DNA of 63,072 nt, the filler included, from Anaerolineae bacterium (GTDB lineage: Bacteria; Chloroflexota; Anaerolineae; Epilineales; Epilineaceae), in NCBI GenBank assembly GCA_029262755.1. It is 5 parts of 5 records of this genome, joined end to end, with 100 filler letters (N's around TTAATTAATTAA, not from the genome) between each part and the next. Parts side by side here need not be neighbours in the genome. Positions count along the whole stretch, not along the records: positions 29,603 to 51,071 come from JAJCYU010000153.1; 4 more parts are not named here. One strand, written 5' to 3'. The notes under the pieces are model-generated. The model was given only the letters and a program-made list of their open reading frames with translations. It did not search any database and was not told the DNA's origin. A program made the translations under genes and the position numbers. Positions 38,312 through 49,906 of this stretch are shown here, piece by piece (the stretch's first letter is position 1; each line of letters opens with the position of its first letter).

Positions 38312-39657
38312 GCGTCACCGTGCGCATGCGCGACCACGGCGGACGTTTCGACCGCGCCCTCGTGGACCTCGGCCTTGTCGGCAGCGACGGTGCGGGGAGT
38401 GCCGCCGTCGTCCGCGCGACCCAAGGGCGCAAGCACCCACGCTAACGCGGACGCGCCCTGTTCGGCGTGGCCCGCTCCAGCCGGCATTCGCAACAACACG
38501 TTGGCTTCGTGCAGGCTGAGCAAGCGCCCACTGCCTTGAAAGCCAGTGGTGCGTGCGTGCAGCGTGCCATCCGCCGCCTGCCAGGCGAACGCGCGCACGA
38601 TCTCGTCGCGATCCTGAGCGTGATCCAGGGCATGCGCGAGCCGGACGACCACGCGCGGCCGTTCGGGCCGCGGGTCACCGGCCATGGCGCGCAGCGCCGG
38701 TCGCGCGAAGAGCTCGAAGGCGACGAGAGCGGAAACCGGAAACCCAGGTAGGCCGAAGAACAGCGCGTTGCCGACGCGCGCGAAGGTCACCGGTTTGCCC
38801 GGTTTTACGCGCACCCGCCCGAACTCGATCTCGCCGTGCGAGGCGAGCCAAGGCTTTACCAAATCGCGATGCCCCATCGAAACGCCGCCGCTGGTCAGCA
38901 CGACATCGGCCTCTTCGCTCGCGCCACGCAGCGCATCGAGCTGGTCCTCTTCGTCGCGGATCGAGGAAACGCGCACGACCTCGGCGCCGGCCTCACGCGC
39001 CGCGGCCGCGAGCGCGAACCGGTTGCTGTCCCGAATCTGTCCCGGTGCGAGCGCCTCTCCCGGCTCGACGAGTTCGTCGCCCGTGGAGAGGACCGCCACG
39101 CGGGGCCGGCGATACACGTCGACCTCGACGGCGCCCGAGGAAGCCAGCAAACCCAGCGCAGCGACACCTACGCGCGTCCCCGCCGACAGCAATACCGCGT
39201 CCGCTTCATAGTCCTGGCCGACGGGCCGAACGTTCTCACCCGACGCCACGCCGCGCAGCAACACGACGTGCCCGTCAGCCGCAGGCTCCGTATCCTCGAT
39301 CATGAGCACGGCGTCCGCGCCGGCGGGCAGGGGAGCACCCGTCGTGATCCGCGTCACCTCTCCAGAACGGATCGCCGTGCCGTCGCGCATCGCGGCCGCG
39401 GCACCTGCGACAGCGTCGCCGACGATCCGCCGCGATCCCGCGCCATCGGAAGCAATGACCGCGTAGCCATCGCGCGAGCTGGCGGCAAAGGGCGGCATGG
39501 CTTCGCGGGCACAAACGTCCACGGCCAGAATCCGCCCTTCCGACTGCTCGAACGGGACGCGCTCGACGGGCAGGCGTCCGGCACGGGCGGCGACCCGCGC
39601 CAGCGCTTCGTCGAGCGGCACTTGCGGATAGGGCGATTGGGTTGGGTTGGGGGTCAC
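38308..39657 (-). CDS. moeA: Molybdopterin molybdotransferase MoeA
   Basis: PPFAASSRDGYAV, TGAPLPAGADAV, STGDEL, IRDSN, TSGGVSMG, KPGKP, GLPGFP. Confidence 0.95.
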   Translation of the reverse strand: MTPNPTQSPYPQVPLDEALARVAARAGRLPVERVPFEQSEGRILAVDVCAREAMPPFAASSRDGYAVIASDGAGSRRIVGDAVAGAAAAMRDGTAIRSGEVTRITTGAPLPAGADAVLMIEDTEPAADGHVVLLRGVASGENVRPVGQDYEADAVLLSAGTRVGVAALGLLASSGAVEVDVYRRPRVAVLSTGDELVEPGEALAPGQIRDSNRFALAAAAREAGAEVVRVSSIRDEEDQLDALRGASEEADVVLTSGGVSMGHRDLVKPWLASHGEIEFGRVRVKPGKPVTFARVGNALFFGLPGFPVSALVAFELFARPALRAMAGDPRPERPRVVVRLAHALDHAQDRDEIVRAFAWQAADGTLHARTTGFQGSGRLLSLHEANVLLRMPAGAGHAEQGASALAWVLAPLGRADDGGTPRTVAADKAEVHEGAVETSAVVAHAHGDA

Positions 39658-39790
39658 GGGTCCTCCCTGATTCGCGGACGATAGGCCGCGACCGCCGAAT
39701 GATAGCAGCGCGGCGAGGCCCCTTCGGCGGGACGCACGGTCGGCCCCTGCTATACTTGCCCTCCGCATCCGAGGCCCACCGGACCCCGCG

Positions 39791-40429
39791 ATGACTCCCA
39801 GAGTGCAACCCAAACCCCAGCCGCAACCCCAGCCAACCGCCTTGGTCGGCTACAGGGTGGCGCGTGTCGTCTCCGATGTGTTCAGCCCGCCGGTTCTCGC
39901 CGTTGTGATCGCCGTGCTCGGCGCGCTGCTCGTCGCACAACCAGGCGCCTGGCGCTTCGTGCTGGTCTTCGTGGGCGTCGGCATCCTCGCACCGATCTTC
40001 GACGTGATCTGGTTGTTGCGCACAGGCCGCATCTCGGACTTCCACCTGACGAAGCGCAGCGAGCGGATACGGCCCTTCGTGGTCAGCACCGCAGCCACGA
40101 CGCTCGCCATGGTCATTCTCTGGGCCCTAGGTGCACCGGCGCTACTGATCTGGCTGGCTGTCGCCGCGCTGGCGCAGACGCTCCTGCTCTTTGTGCTCAC
40201 GCTTCGCTGGAAGGTCAGCATTCACGCCGCGACGAGCGGCGCGTTCGCTGCGCTCGTGACCTTAGCGTGGGGCATCCGTCCTGCGACTGGGTTGGTCGTA
40301 CTCTTGATACCGGTGGTGGGCTGGGCACGCATCCACCTGCGCCGCCATACGCTGGCCCAGGTCGTGGTCGGCGCTACGATCGGCGCCGTGACGATGGCCG
40401 TCGCGATGCGCGGCCTACTCTGGGAGTGA
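39791..40429 (+). CDS. PAP2-like integral membrane protein
   Basis: About six TM helices; WKVSIH and WARIHLRRHT motifs. Confidence 0.7.
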   Translation: MTPRVQPKPQPQPQPTALVGYRVARVVSDVFSPPVLAVVIAVLGALLVAQPGAWRFVLVFVGVGILAPIFDVIWLLRTGRISDFHLTKRSERIRPFVVSTAATTLAMVILWALGAPALLIWLAVAALAQTLLLFVLTLRWKVSIHAATSGAFAALVTLAWGIRPATGLVVLLIPVVGWARIHLRRHTLAQVVVGATIGAVTMAVAMRGLLWE

Positions 40430-43400
40430 ACAGGGTGCGCTCGGCAGCCTGCACCGGGCAACGCGCTACCCCGCTACATCCCCGCGCGGTCATGCCTGCC
40501 TGCATCCTCATCGTGCTCCTCGTCCTCACACCGAATCTCGCGATGTCCGCTGCGCCCGTCGAGCCTCTCCTCGGGTCCGCTAGCGCGTCGTCCTTCGCCC
40601 AACTGCCCCGCGGACCGCAACCGGCCGGCACGATCCGCGACAGCGCCCTGGTCCGCCTCGACGTGCCCGGTGTCCTAGAGCGCTGGCGTGCGTCCACAGG
40701 CCGCGCGGGCCTTGGGGGCGACGCGCGCTCCGTGGCGGAGGCAGCCCGACGCGATCGGCGTGCGCTCGCCGCCTATCGGCAACAGGTTGCAGAATCGGTC
40801 GACCGAGCCGCGCGTGCGGTCGAGCAACACGGCGCTCAGGTCGTCGGGCGCTATCACGTGGTCGCGGCCGGACTACGCGTACACGGTACGGCCGCACAGG
40901 TGCGCGCTATCGAGCACATACCGGGCGTTGCCTTTGTCGAGCCGGGCCCGCGTGTCGCGCCGGCTCTCGAGCGAAGCGTGCCGAGCGTCGGTGCGGAGCG
41001 CGTCCGCGGCCTCTACGGCTGGGACGGCGCCGGCAGCGTCGTTGCCGTCGTGGACACCGGTATCGACTACACGCATGCGGATCTCGGCGGTCCCGGCACG
41101 GCCGCGGCCTACGCCGCGGCCGCGGGCGCCGCCGAACGGATCGACGACCGCTGGCAAGGCGAGCTGTTGTTTCCCAACGCCAAGGTTGTCGGGGGCTACG
41201 ACTTCGTCGGGCCGAACTACACGTCGCCCGCACACTGCCCGCCGGCGCTCGAAGCCGCGGGCCGCTGCACGTCGACACCGCACCCGGACGACGACCCGCT
41301 CGACGGCCACGGTCACGGCACGCACGTCGCGGGCATCGCCGCCGGCGCCGGCAGCGCCGGTGTCCCGGCCGGTGTTGCGCCGGGCGCGTCGCTGGTGGCA
41401 TTGAAGTTATACGGCCCACCGGCGGGCGGTGTCTTCGCCGACGAGAGCGTCGATGGGCTCGTCGACGCCATCGAATGGTGCGTTGCCGCAAATCTTGGCC
41501 TTGAGACACGCGGCGTGGTGCCGGAATTCGTAGACGTAGTGAACATCAGCCTCGGCGAACCTTGGGCGCAAGGCTCCAAGCTGTTCGACGCGGCGGTCGA
41601 GGCGGCCACGGACGCCGGCGTCACGCTCGTCGCCACGGCGGGCAACCAGCGTGACATTCCCTATATCTTAGGCGCGCCGGGTTCGAGCCCGCGCGTACTG
41701 TCCGTCGCGGGATCGACGACGCCGCCGGACCAGGCCGCGCTGCGCGTGCTACCCAGCGACGGCGGTGCGGGATGGCGCGTACCGATCGAACTCGGCCCGC
41801 TTTCCGCGCCGTTGGCGGCTGCCTCGCCGCTCGAGGCTCCGGCGACGATCGCGGGTCGTGCGTGCCCGGGCGACGGTCTGACGGCCGGCATGTTGGACGG
41901 CGCGGTGGCGCTCATCGAGGGTGGAGGTTGTCCGACGATGGCCAAGGCCATCGCGGCACGCGACGCCGGGGCGCTGGCGGTCATCGTACGGTCGGCGCGC
42001 AACGACGATGCCGGGCCGGATCTGTCCGGCGATTCCGGCGTCGTGGGCATTCCGGTGGTCGGAGTGCGGGCGGAAATCGGACGCGAGCTGTTCCAAGCCA
42101 TCGGTGTAACCGCGCCGCCGCGCTTCCGCCTCGATGAGACGCTGCGCGTACCCGATCCCGCACACGGCGCCGCGCTGGCGAGCTTCAGCGCGCGTGGCCC
42201 TTCGCGGGCAGGCGCCCTCAAGCCGGATCTCGCGGCGCCCGGCTCGTCGATCACGTCGGCGGATCGCGGTTCCGGCGACGGCCAGCGACGGCTGTCCGGG
42301 ACGTCGATGAGCGCGCCGCACGTGGCGGGCGCCGCCGCCGTGCTTCGTCAGGCGAGCCGGGAGGGTGGCGAGGTGCTCGCCGCGCTGGACCTCGCCGCCA
42401 TGCTCATGAGCAGCGCCCGACCGGACCTGGCCGCCGGAAGCCTCCGCGCACCGGTCGCCCGGCAGGGCGCCGGGCGGCTCGATCTGGCCCGCGCGGTGTC
42501 GGCGCGCCTCGGCGTTCGCGTCGGCGCGATCGCGTCGATCGATCTCGGCGCACCGGCGCTGACCGGCTCGCGGACGATCACGCGGGTACTGGAACTGACC
42601 AACCGCGGCGCCACCGAGCTCGCGGTGCACGTGCGCAATGCGCCGCGCGATCCGAACGCGGCCGGTCTCGCGCTGCGTCCGATCGATGCGCCGATTCGCC
42701 TCGCGCCGGGCGCGAGCGGCACTGTTCCTGTCGCCTTCGAACTCGATCCGGCTGCGTTGCCCGCGTGGCCCTTCGATCCCTCCGGCGGTCCGGCCTCGAT
42801 CGAGGCGGGCTTGATGGACCGATTCGTGCGCGACGGTTGGCTCGAGCTGCACGACGCAGCGGTGGGAGCTGCGCCCCCAACCGACACGCTACCCGCGGCC
42901 GTCGTGCCCTACCGCGCTTTGCCGAGGGCCGCTTCCGCCCTGCGTCTGGCCTGGTCGCCCGGCCTGCTGCAATGGCAAAACGATGGCGCGATGGCGGGAC
43001 GCGCTCTGCTCTTCGACGGGAATAGGCTGGACCCCGATGAACCGGATTTGCGCGCCGAAGCCGATCTGGAGGGCGTCGGTGCCCGCTTCGAACGCCGCGC
43101 GGAAGGAACGGGTCCGCCGGACACGCTCGCCTTGGCCTTTATCCGCCACGAGAGCGCCGTGCTCCCGCACACCACGCTCCTGGCCGCCTTCCTCGATCTC
43201 GATGGCGATGGCGCCGTCGATTGGCGCATCGCGGCCGGGCCCGAGGCGGCGGTGGCTGGTTCGGGCAGCGATCGCCGGCTCGGCGTGGCCGCGGTGCGCT
43301 GGGATCCGGAACGCGACGAGGCCGCCGGAGCGCCGATCGCGGTCGCGCCCTGGCCGGCCACGCTGCATGCGCGTGTTGCACTCGTTCGCGTGCCGCTGTC

Positions 43401-43881
43401 GGTCTTCGGTGAGCAGACGCCGTCGTCGCTCGCGCTCTACGCTTCCGCGGAGGGGCTGGACGAGACCTGGTGGCGCGCGCCGGCCGTCGACCTCGTGCCC
43501 GACGATGCGCTCGCCACGACGTCGGGGTGGCTCACCATCGCCGCAAGCGCCACGGCACGCCTCGACGGCCCTGGCGTCGTCGCACCCAATGCGAGCGGCG
43601 CGGTCGTGGCGCCGGCGCAATGCCGCGACGACGCCGCATCTCGGCCGAGCGGCGATGAGGGCCCCGAGGCGGGTAACGACCGCGAGCCGAACGCTACCGT
43701 CCTCGCGGTGTTTCCCGACAATCCCGCGGATCCGGAACGCGGCGAACCAGGCTCTTGGGCCCTGCTCACCGGCACGGACGCCCGCTTGATCGGCGCCCCG
43801 ATCCCCGAGCTCGGCCTACCGCGCCCCTGCCGCGCCTACCTGCCTTGGGGCGGCGTGCCGGATCCGGCAGAACAGGAATAG
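40426..43881 (+). CDS. Secreted S8 subtilase with PA domain and YLP tail
   Basis: VAVVDTGID, HGTHVAG and GTSMSAPHVAG triad; PA domain; CRAYLP near the C-terminus; start 40426 or 40492. Confidence 0.92.
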   Translation: MNRVRSAACTGQRATPLHPRAVMPACILIVLLVLTPNLAMSAAPVEPLLGSASASSFAQLPRGPQPAGTIRDSALVRLDVPGVLERWRASTGRAGLGGDARSVAEAARRDRRALAAYRQQVAESVDRAARAVEQHGAQVVGRYHVVAAGLRVHGTAAQVRAIEHIPGVAFVEPGPRVAPALERSVPSVGAERVRGLYGWDGAGSVVAVVDTGIDYTHADLGGPGTAAAYAAAAGAAERIDDRWQGELLFPNAKVVGGYDFVGPNYTSPAHCPPALEAAGRCTSTPHPDDDPLDGHGHGTHVAGIAAGAGSAGVPAGVAPGASLVALKLYGPPAGGVFADESVDGLVDAIEWCVAANLGLETRGVVPEFVDVVNISLGEPWAQGSKLFDAAVEAATDAGVTLVATAGNQRDIPYILGAPGSSPRVLSVAGSTTPPDQAALRVLPSDGGAGWRVPIELGPLSAPLAAASPLEAPATIAGRACPGDGLTAGMLDGAVALIEGGGCPTMAKAIAARDAGALAVIVRSARNDDAGPDLSGDSGVVGIPVVGVRAEIGRELFQAIGVTAPPRFRLDETLRVPDPAHGAALASFSARGPSRAGALKPDLAAPGSSITSADRGSGDGQRRLSGTSMSAPHVAGAAAVLRQASREGGEVLAALDLAAMLMSSARPDLAAGSLRAPVARQGAGRLDLARAVSARLGVRVGAIASIDLGAPALTGSRTITRVLELTNRGATELAVHVRNAPRDPNAAGLALRPIDAPIRLAPGASGTVPVAFELDPAALPAWPFDPSGGPASIEAGLMDRFVRDGWLELHDAAVGAAPPTDTLPAAVVPYRALPRAASALRLAWSPGLLQWQNDGAMAGRALLFDGNRLDPDEPDLRAEADLEGVGARFERRAEGTGPPDTLALAFIRHESAVLPHTTLLAAFLDLDGDGAVDWRIAAGPEAAVAGSGSDRRLGVAAVRWDPERDEAAGAPIAVAPWPATLHARVALVRVPLSVFGEQTPSSLALYASAEGLDETWWRAPAVDLVPDDALATTSGWLTIAASATARLDGPGVVAPNASGAVVAPAQCRDDAASRPSGDEGPEAGNDREPNATVLAVFPDNPADPERGEPGSWALLTGTDARLIGAPIPELGLPRPCRAYLPWGGVPDPAEQE

Positions 43882-44037
43882 GCAGCGGTGCCGGAGCAGG
43901 TACGGTGTACGAACCGGTTCTAGTGTCGGGGCCTGTTCAAGAACCCACGAATACACGCACACGGCACGTTCACGCACCGGCAGACGAACCGGCACGAGCG
44001 TACGAATTCGAGCTATCCCGCGTACCTGCACCAACAC
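43880..44037. repeat. Degenerate short-period intergenic tract between convergent genes
   Basis: Recurrent GAACCGG, CACG, GTAC and ACGAA units. Confidence 0.4.
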
Positions 44038-45357
44038 CTACTTCGGCATCGCCTTGAGGGCCTCGAAGGCGGGGCGCGGTGTGCCGTCCGGATTGTTGAT
44101 GCACCACCAATATTGCTCGTGCTGCGTGGTCCAGTCCGCGTCGCACAGGTAGATCGTCGACATAATCGTGATCCACGGTGACCAGTTGGCGGCCGCGTAT
44201 TGATAGGCGCGCACAAGATAGTCGGCCTTCGTCTGCTCGCTTACCGCGTGCCACTTGTAGGCCTCGTTCACCTGATCGCTCGTCCAGCCCATCTCCAGCA
44301 CGGCCACACGTGTATCGCCGTCGCCGTAGCGTTCCTGGATGGCGCGCAGATCCTCGACGCGGCGGAAGGTGAAGAAGCGCTCGCCGCCGTATGCTTCCGA
44401 CGCGGCGGCCTCGGCGGGGCTCGTTTCCGGCGGTGCGGCGAAACCAGCAGCGTGGACTCCGAGTATGTCGAAATGGCCGGCCGAATCCCCGCCCATTGCC
44501 GTATACAAGCGGTCCAAGTACACGTCATCCGGCATGGCCTGCGGCGGACCGGAGCCGGTCGGCGACAGGCCGGCGCTGATCACGAGCGCGGCCGGGTCCG
44601 CTGCGTGGATGGCCGTGTAGGCCGCGCGCAGCATCTCGGCGTAGCGGGCAGGGTCCGGCGACTGATCGCACCATTCGCGCGCCAGATTGGGCTCGTTCCA
44701 GATCTGATACGCGGCAATCTGGCCGCGATAGCGCTCCGCCACCGCGCCTGCGAAGTCTGCATAGTCCTGCATGTTCACCGGCGGGCCTTGGTCGCTGCAC
44801 CCAGAACGCGCCCAGTCGGGCTGGAAGTCGAGGCGTGCGATCAACTCCACGCCGCCGTAGCGGATGGCGGTGCCCACGATGAAGTCCGTGCGCTCCCAGT
44901 CGAATACGCCCTTCTGGCTCTCGATGTCGCGCCACCCAAAGATCTGCTTTACGAAGCCGAAGCCCATGTCCTCGGCCAGCAAGAGATCCTGCTCCGCGAC
45001 CTCCGGCCGCCACCACAGGAAGGCCTGCACCGCATATTCGGGCGAATCGAGGCTAACCGGTGCGGAGCGGCGCGGCATGTTCTCGACGGACGTGCCGTCG
45101 GGAATCTCGTCGCCGACCTGCAGCGGGACGCCCGGCGCCGCGTTTTCGGAGCCCGCATCCGCGTCGCCGCTATCGCCATCATTCTGCGCGTCGTCGTCTT
45201 GGATGCCGCCGCGGGTCATCATGGTCGGCGCGGGCGCCGCGGTCGGTTCGGCCTCGTCGCCGCTGTTGCAGCCGGCGAGGATTGGGGTGAGCACGAGCAG
45301 AAACGCGAACGCTAGGGCCGGGTTCAGCAGGCGCGCAGCGCTTCGGAGCAGGGACAT
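44038..45357 (-). CDS. Clan GH-A glycoside hydrolase lipoprotein
   Basis: Lipobox LAGC; QIWNEPN acid/base; GVH; VLEMGW nucleophile. Confidence 0.85.
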   Translation of the reverse strand: MSLLRSAARLLNPALAFAFLLVLTPILAGCNSGDEAEPTAAPAPTMMTRGGIQDDDAQNDGDSGDADAGSENAAPGVPLQVGDEIPDGTSVENMPRRSAPVSLDSPEYAVQAFLWWRPEVAEQDLLLAEDMGFGFVKQIFGWRDIESQKGVFDWERTDFIVGTAIRYGGVELIARLDFQPDWARSGCSDQGPPVNMQDYADFAGAVAERYRGQIAAYQIWNEPNLAREWCDQSPDPARYAEMLRAAYTAIHAADPAALVISAGLSPTGSGPPQAMPDDVYLDRLYTAMGGDSAGHFDILGVHAAGFAAPPETSPAEAAASEAYGGERFFTFRRVEDLRAIQERYGDGDTRVAVLEMGWTSDQVNEAYKWHAVSEQTKADYLVRAYQYAAANWSPWITIMSTIYLCDADWTTQHEQYWWCINNPDGTPRPAFEALKAMPK

Positions 45358-45603
45358 AGCGACCTCGTAGGGGATTCCATGGATGAGCGGCGGCGGCGAT
45401 TCTAGCCCTGCGCGACCGCGGCGACCAAGGACGGACACTGGATACGCGGTGCAGGACTGCGTCCGCCCCGTGCGCGGGCAACATCAGAATTGCTATTCGA
45501 CATAACGGGCGAGCAATGCGAACTTTCCGATCGGGGCCTGCCATCGCAGCGATGAGCGTACCCGCTCGTCGGCGCTCGGCTCCCTCCGATCGTGGGCGGC
45601 GGC

Positions 45604-46818
<1,215 letters not shown>

Positions 46819-46987
46819 CGGGTGCTCCTACATCGCGTCGGAGGGGTCGGGGCCGGCGAACGGCTAGTGTAGCAGCGTCGCTTCGCAGCCACGGTGCGCC
46901 CTCACTTCGGTTGCGGTCGACCGTGCCGCTGACCGGGTTGCTTCGGCCGGCGTTCCCCAAGTGCTCACCTTGCCCGCCTCCGACGCG

Positions 46988-48652
46988 CTAGGGCTCCATT
47001 GCGGCCCGTCTGCCCATCGCGCGCTTGAGTGCGTCCAGGCTCTCCTCCCCGTAGCCGAGCTGGTCCGCCGCCTGCTCGCGCGTCTGCCGGGGTACGACAC
47101 GGGCGACGGGGTCACCGGTCGGCCCGGCTTCGACGATCAGCTCGACCGCTTCCAGCAAGCCGCAGTGGTGCGCTCCGCGTACGCCGGACAAGATTTCTTG
47201 ATAGGCCCCGACGCCGAGCACGGCGACCCATGTCTCGGCCGCCTCGTGCTCAGACGTGGCGGGGGTCTCGGGCAGCAACACAACCGCATCTTCACCGAAG
47301 CTCTCGGGCGGATAACGGCCGTCCGAGTCACAGCTGAGATCGCCGAGGCGCACGGCCCTCGCCGGCAGGTCGGCGGCGTTGAGGGCGAGAATGCGAAACG
47401 GTTTGTCGATCAGGAGCATGTCCGGGATCGCCGCCATGAGGCCGCCATCGACGATGGCCCAGGGCACCCCGCCCGTGTCGCTCACCTTCTCGTGGAGCAC
47501 ATGGAAAACGTGCAGCCCCGCCTCCGCCGCCACCAGACTCCCAAACTCGAAGGTGAGGTCGGGCGGTGGCACGTCCTGCGCCTCCGCCGCTTCGCGCAGC
47601 ACGCGGAACAGACCGCGCAGCAACCCCTCGTGATCATAGTCCTCGCCGAGCGGTGGGACGCCGCCGCCCATGTTCAGCTCGCGCAGCGTTGGATGCTGTT
47701 TGCGGTGGGCGGCATAGACGCGGCCGGCATGGGCCAACGCGCCCAACATCTGGTCGACCGGCCTCGTCATCGCGGCACCGACCATCGTGTGCAACGTCGT
47801 CCAGCGAAGGTGCGGTGTTTCGGCGATCCGCTGAGCGGCATCGGTCAAGGCCTCCGCCGTCATCCCGAAGCGGCTGACCGTGTCGGCCAGTGCGCCCGCG
47901 TCTTCGACGGGGCCGAACTTGGCGCGCAGTCCCACATCCATACGCGGCATACCGGATGCGGCGAAGAAATCCAGCTCCCCGGTGTCTAGGATCGGGCAAA
48001 TGTCCCAGCCGGCCTCCGCCATTTCGACGATCCGTGCCGCGTACGGAAGTTCGCGCACCGCGCGTGTCGCCGCATCGGCGTCGGGTAGCACCAGGCTGTC
48101 CGGATGCCGTTCCGCGGCGGGCACGGCCGCGCGAATGCGTGCCGGTGGGAGCTTGAATCCGTTGCACACCACCCGCAGGTCGCGCGGCAAGAGCCCATGA
48201 CTACGCAGCCAGCGAAGGTGCGCAAGATCCTGCGCCGAGCTGGTCTCCGCATGCCAACCCGCGCGATAGGCCGCGTGTGCGATCTCCGATGCCATGTTCG
48301 CCTTGGCGGCATAGAGGAAATCGAGGCGCCCCGGATAGCCGCTCTCGACGCGCACGCGCTCGGCGAGGTTGCGCCACTGCGCGCAGCGCCGCTCTACGAT
48401 CCGGGCGTCGACCACCTCGAGGGGCGTGCCGTATGCAGCCACCGCATCCATGAGCCGGACCGATCCGAACCACAGACAGCCTTCTTCGTCGTAGCGAAGC
48501 TCGTCCCAGATCCCAAGCCCGCCCCACATGCCTGCCACGGCCTCACGATAGGGCCGGCCGATCCAGCGCTCGAGCCCGATGCCGCGATCCGCATCGACGG
48601 GTTGCGGCGAGGCGGTCGGTGTTCGGTCCAGGAGTAGGTCTTCGTCGCTCAT
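46988..48652 (-). CDS. PLP-dependent Orn/DAP/Arg decarboxylase, arginine decarboxylase-like
   Basis: YAAKAN PLP lysine, CNGFK, SRFG, NMGGG, EFG, CDSDGRY, GAYQEIL; AAGGA RBS. Confidence 0.85.
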   Translation of the reverse strand: MSDEDLLLDRTPTASPQPVDADRGIGLERWIGRPYREAVAGMWGGLGIWDELRYDEEGCLWFGSVRLMDAVAAYGTPLEVVDARIVERRCAQWRNLAERVRVESGYPGRLDFLYAAKANMASEIAHAAYRAGWHAETSSAQDLAHLRWLRSHGLLPRDLRVVCNGFKLPPARIRAAVPAAERHPDSLVLPDADAATRAVRELPYAARIVEMAEAGWDICPILDTGELDFFAASGMPRMDVGLRAKFGPVEDAGALADTVSRFGMTAEALTDAAQRIAETPHLRWTTLHTMVGAAMTRPVDQMLGALAHAGRVYAAHRKQHPTLRELNMGGGVPPLGEDYDHEGLLRGLFRVLREAAEAQDVPPPDLTFEFGSLVAAEAGLHVFHVLHEKVSDTGGVPWAIVDGGLMAAIPDMLLIDKPFRILALNAADLPARAVRLGDLSCDSDGRYPPESFGEDAVVLLPETPATSEHEAAETWVAVLGVGAYQEILSGVRGAHHCGLLEAVELIVEAGPTGDPVARVVPRQTREQAADQLGYGEESLDALKRAMGRRAAMEP

Positions 48653-48894
48653 GGTGGCTTCCTTTCGGGGCGCGGCCAGTATAGGTCGAGGGAGGCAATC
48701 GCGCCTCTCGTTCGGGTTCCAAGACGTTGACGACGGCCCGTGCCGCGCGGTACCATGCGCCCTGTCGGTCCTCGGAGGGTCCGCGAGACCCAATCCGCTC
48801 GGCCGCGTATTGACACCGGGGGCGGCCCCGAACCGTCCCACAGCTACGAATCCACTCGGCGTTTCCCGCGCCGCAGCACCAAAAAGGAGCTCTC

Positions 48895-49737
48895 ATGGGC
48901 CTGTTCAAGCGGATCGGCGACCTGTTCCGCATGTTCTTCTCCAACTTCGTCGACAGCGCGGAAGAGTCCGTTCCGCTCGAGCGACGCTTGGCGTACGATC
49001 GCCTCAAGCGCGCTGAGAACCTCAAGGGGCAAATGGGCGCCGCCGAAGACGTTGGCGCGGCCGCTGAGATGATGGTTCAGCAGCTGGCCGAGGCGCGCAT
49101 CGTCGCGGCCAACCTGCGCCAAGAAGCAAAGGCGCACCTGGAGGCGGCGGTCGCCTCCGCCAACCGCGGCGACGCGACCACGCAGCAGCAGGAAGAGTCG
49201 CGCGCGTCGACCTTGGCCGAAGAGCTGGCCACGGCAGAAGCAGAGGTTGCCGATCTGGAGACCTTCGTCGAAGAAGCGCTATCCGACAAGAAGGGGGCCA
49301 TCGACATGGTCCTCGAGCAGTCGAAGGAACTCGAGCGCCTTTCGCGCAACGATTCGCGCATGGTGGCCAAGGCCCGCATGACGGGTATGCGACGCCAGCA
49401 GCTTGAGCTTCGGGAACAGATGCTCGATCTGGTGCCCAACGACCAGAACAACCTGCGTTCGCGCATGAAGGACAAGGTTTCGTCCGACGAAGCAAAGTAC
49501 CGAGCGCGCAAAGACGTGGTCGATGCGATGTGGAACCAGAAGCGTCATTCGCGTGGCGATTCCACACGCTCGACGACGGCAGCCGGTGCGGCCAAGTTGG
49601 CCGAGCTAAAGGGCGAGATGGGCTACGCCGAGAAGACGGCGCCACCCGCGCCGGTCGAGACCGTGCAAACCGAGGCTCCGGCGCAGGCCGCCGAAGCTCC
49701 CGCGGAGCAGCAGGCAGCGGGCAGCGGTCAGGGCTGA
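48895..49737 (+). CDS. PspA/IM30-like coiled-coil protein
   Basis: Amphipathic N-terminus MGLFKRIGDLFR; long heptad coiled coil; LAELKGEMG end; AAGGAG RBS. Confidence 0.7.
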   Translation: MGLFKRIGDLFRMFFSNFVDSAEESVPLERRLAYDRLKRAENLKGQMGAAEDVGAAAEMMVQQLAEARIVAANLRQEAKAHLEAAVASANRGDATTQQQEESRASTLAEELATAEAEVADLETFVEEALSDKKGAIDMVLEQSKELERLSRNDSRMVAKARMTGMRRQQLELREQMLDLVPNDQNNLRSRMKDKVSSDEAKYRARKDVVDAMWNQKRHSRGDSTRSTTAAGAAKLAELKGEMGYAEKTAPPAPVETVQTEAPAQAAEAPAEQQAAGSGQG

Positions 49738-49906
49738 GCGACCGCGTAGAGGTTGTGGCCGCGCCCCCTGGTCGATACCGGCCCGGGGGCGCGCCATCTG
49801 TCGGCCCACGATCCGCATCCTTCGGCATACGATCCAACGAGCCGAACGGAAGTAGGGACCATCACCAACGCGCGCCGCACCGCCGGTGCAACAAGGGAGA
49901 ACCGCC

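Noticed and set aside
37325..39657. moaA/moeA as part of a novel pathway with neighbouring secreted proteins
   Set aside because: Canonical molybdenum-cofactor genes on the opposite strand with no sign of a functional link.
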